Positions 63,265 through 64,000 of a DNA stretch of 64,000 nucleotides are shown here, piece by piece. A program made the translations under genes and the position numbers. Positions within the stretch are counted from its first letter, which is position 1, and every line of letters starts with the position of its first letter. Below the pieces are notes generated by a model. That model made no database searches, had not been told where the DNA came from, and was given only the letters and a program-made list of their open reading frames with translations. Source of the DNA: an uncultured cyanobacterium (GTDB lineage: Bacteria > Cyanobacteriota > Cyanobacteriia > Cyanobacteriales > Nostocaceae); NCBI GenBank assembly GCA_963740315.1, contig CAVUDP010000002.1:1792001-1856000 (forward strand). Reading direction: 5' to 3'.

Positions 63265-63491
63265 TTTAATTTTGATTGAGGACGGTCAGGTATCCCCGTT
63301 CTACAACATTTTTGTAGGACTTGCGCTATCTGTAAGGGAGATGGTGAATCCACTTGCGTGCGGAGGAACACGACCGTTGAGCAAAGTGGTGAACCCGTTC
63401 ACGCGGAGCGTGCGGCTCAGGGGGGGACAAGGAGAATTTTAACCTTATTACTTTAACCTTAATTATTTCTAACCATCCCCCATACCCGAAA

Positions 63492-64000
63492 TTAATCTTG
63501 GTAATGTCGAATCACCTCAGCGACCGACCAAGCTTGAGCGATCGCTCCTTTAGGGTTGTGCGGTTCATCGCCATCAAAAATTTCCGAAATTGAACCAAGA
63601 CAAGCATCTGATAAAAAATGCTGTATTAAAGGTTCCCAATCAAAAGGTAGCGCTTCATCTTTGTGAAAACGCCTCATTGCACGAATATAAGGACCGATTA
63701 ACCAACTCCAAACAGTACCTTGATGATAAGCACTGTCGCGAGTCACAGAATTACCGACATATTTGCCGATATATTCTGGATCTGAAGGTTCCAGGGATCG
63801 AAGTCCGTAAGGAGTAAGTAAGCTTTTTGAAGCTTGTTCGAGTACAAGATATCCTTGTTGAGCAGAAAAACCACAATGACTCAGCGAAAGCGCTAAAACT
63901 GCATTTGGTCTAATTTGAGAATTACGACGGTCATCTGGTTCGATCGTATCGTATAAATAGCAAGCTTTGGGATTCCAAAACTTTTGCAGCGATTGCTTCA
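63492..64000 (-). CDS. Amylo-alpha-1,6-glucosidase/glycogen debranching enzyme (partial, 3' end)
   Basis: Open frame from the right edge: IRPNAVLAL, LLTPYGLRSL, AYHQGTVWSWL, SEIFDG, AQAWSVAE. Confidence 0.93.
   Translation of the reverse strand, partial: KQSLQKFWNPKACYLYDTIEPDDRRNSQIRPNAVLALSLSHCGFSAQQGYLVLEQASKSLLTPYGLRSLEPSDPEYIGKYVGNSVTRDSAYHQGTVWSWLIGPYIRAMRRFHKDEALPFDWEPLIQHFLSDACLGSISEIFDGDEPHNPKGAIAQAWSVAEVIRHYQD

Overview
AT-rich chromosomal segment of a filamentous cyanobacterium, most likely Nostocales (Rivularia/Calothrix-like). This rests on frequent HIP1 octamers (GCGATCGC), heptameric STRR tracts, PEP-CTERM proteins, a CpcD-domain FNR, chlP and prk. Core genes (murG, chlP, metF, trpS, pip, hom, petH, prk, metK, pcrA, gshA, trmL, an nlpD-like M23 peptidase, tRNA-Met, glycogen debranching enzyme) are interleaved with accessory genes. 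The accessory set comprises a putative type II restriction-modification pair with an unusually long C5 methyltransferase, an orphan C5 methyltransferase, two toxin-antitoxin modules (HicAB; DUF1778-GNAT), three histidine kinases, a STAS/PP2C pair and a Rieske oxygenase with an AraC regulator. Many REP/MITE-like intergenic elements and at least six damaged genes are also present. The most notable locus is a minus-strand cluster of gamma-glutamyl-phosphate reductase (ProA, with no proB or proC beside it), a divergent glutamate-cysteine-ligase-fold protein (ExK instead of ExE) and an aldehyde reductase. It lies about 6 kb from the canonical gshA. It may encode a ProB-independent route to glutamate semialdehyde/proline, or a carboxylate-to-alcohol reduction pathway. 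All family assignments come from motif recognition by eye; no database searches were run.
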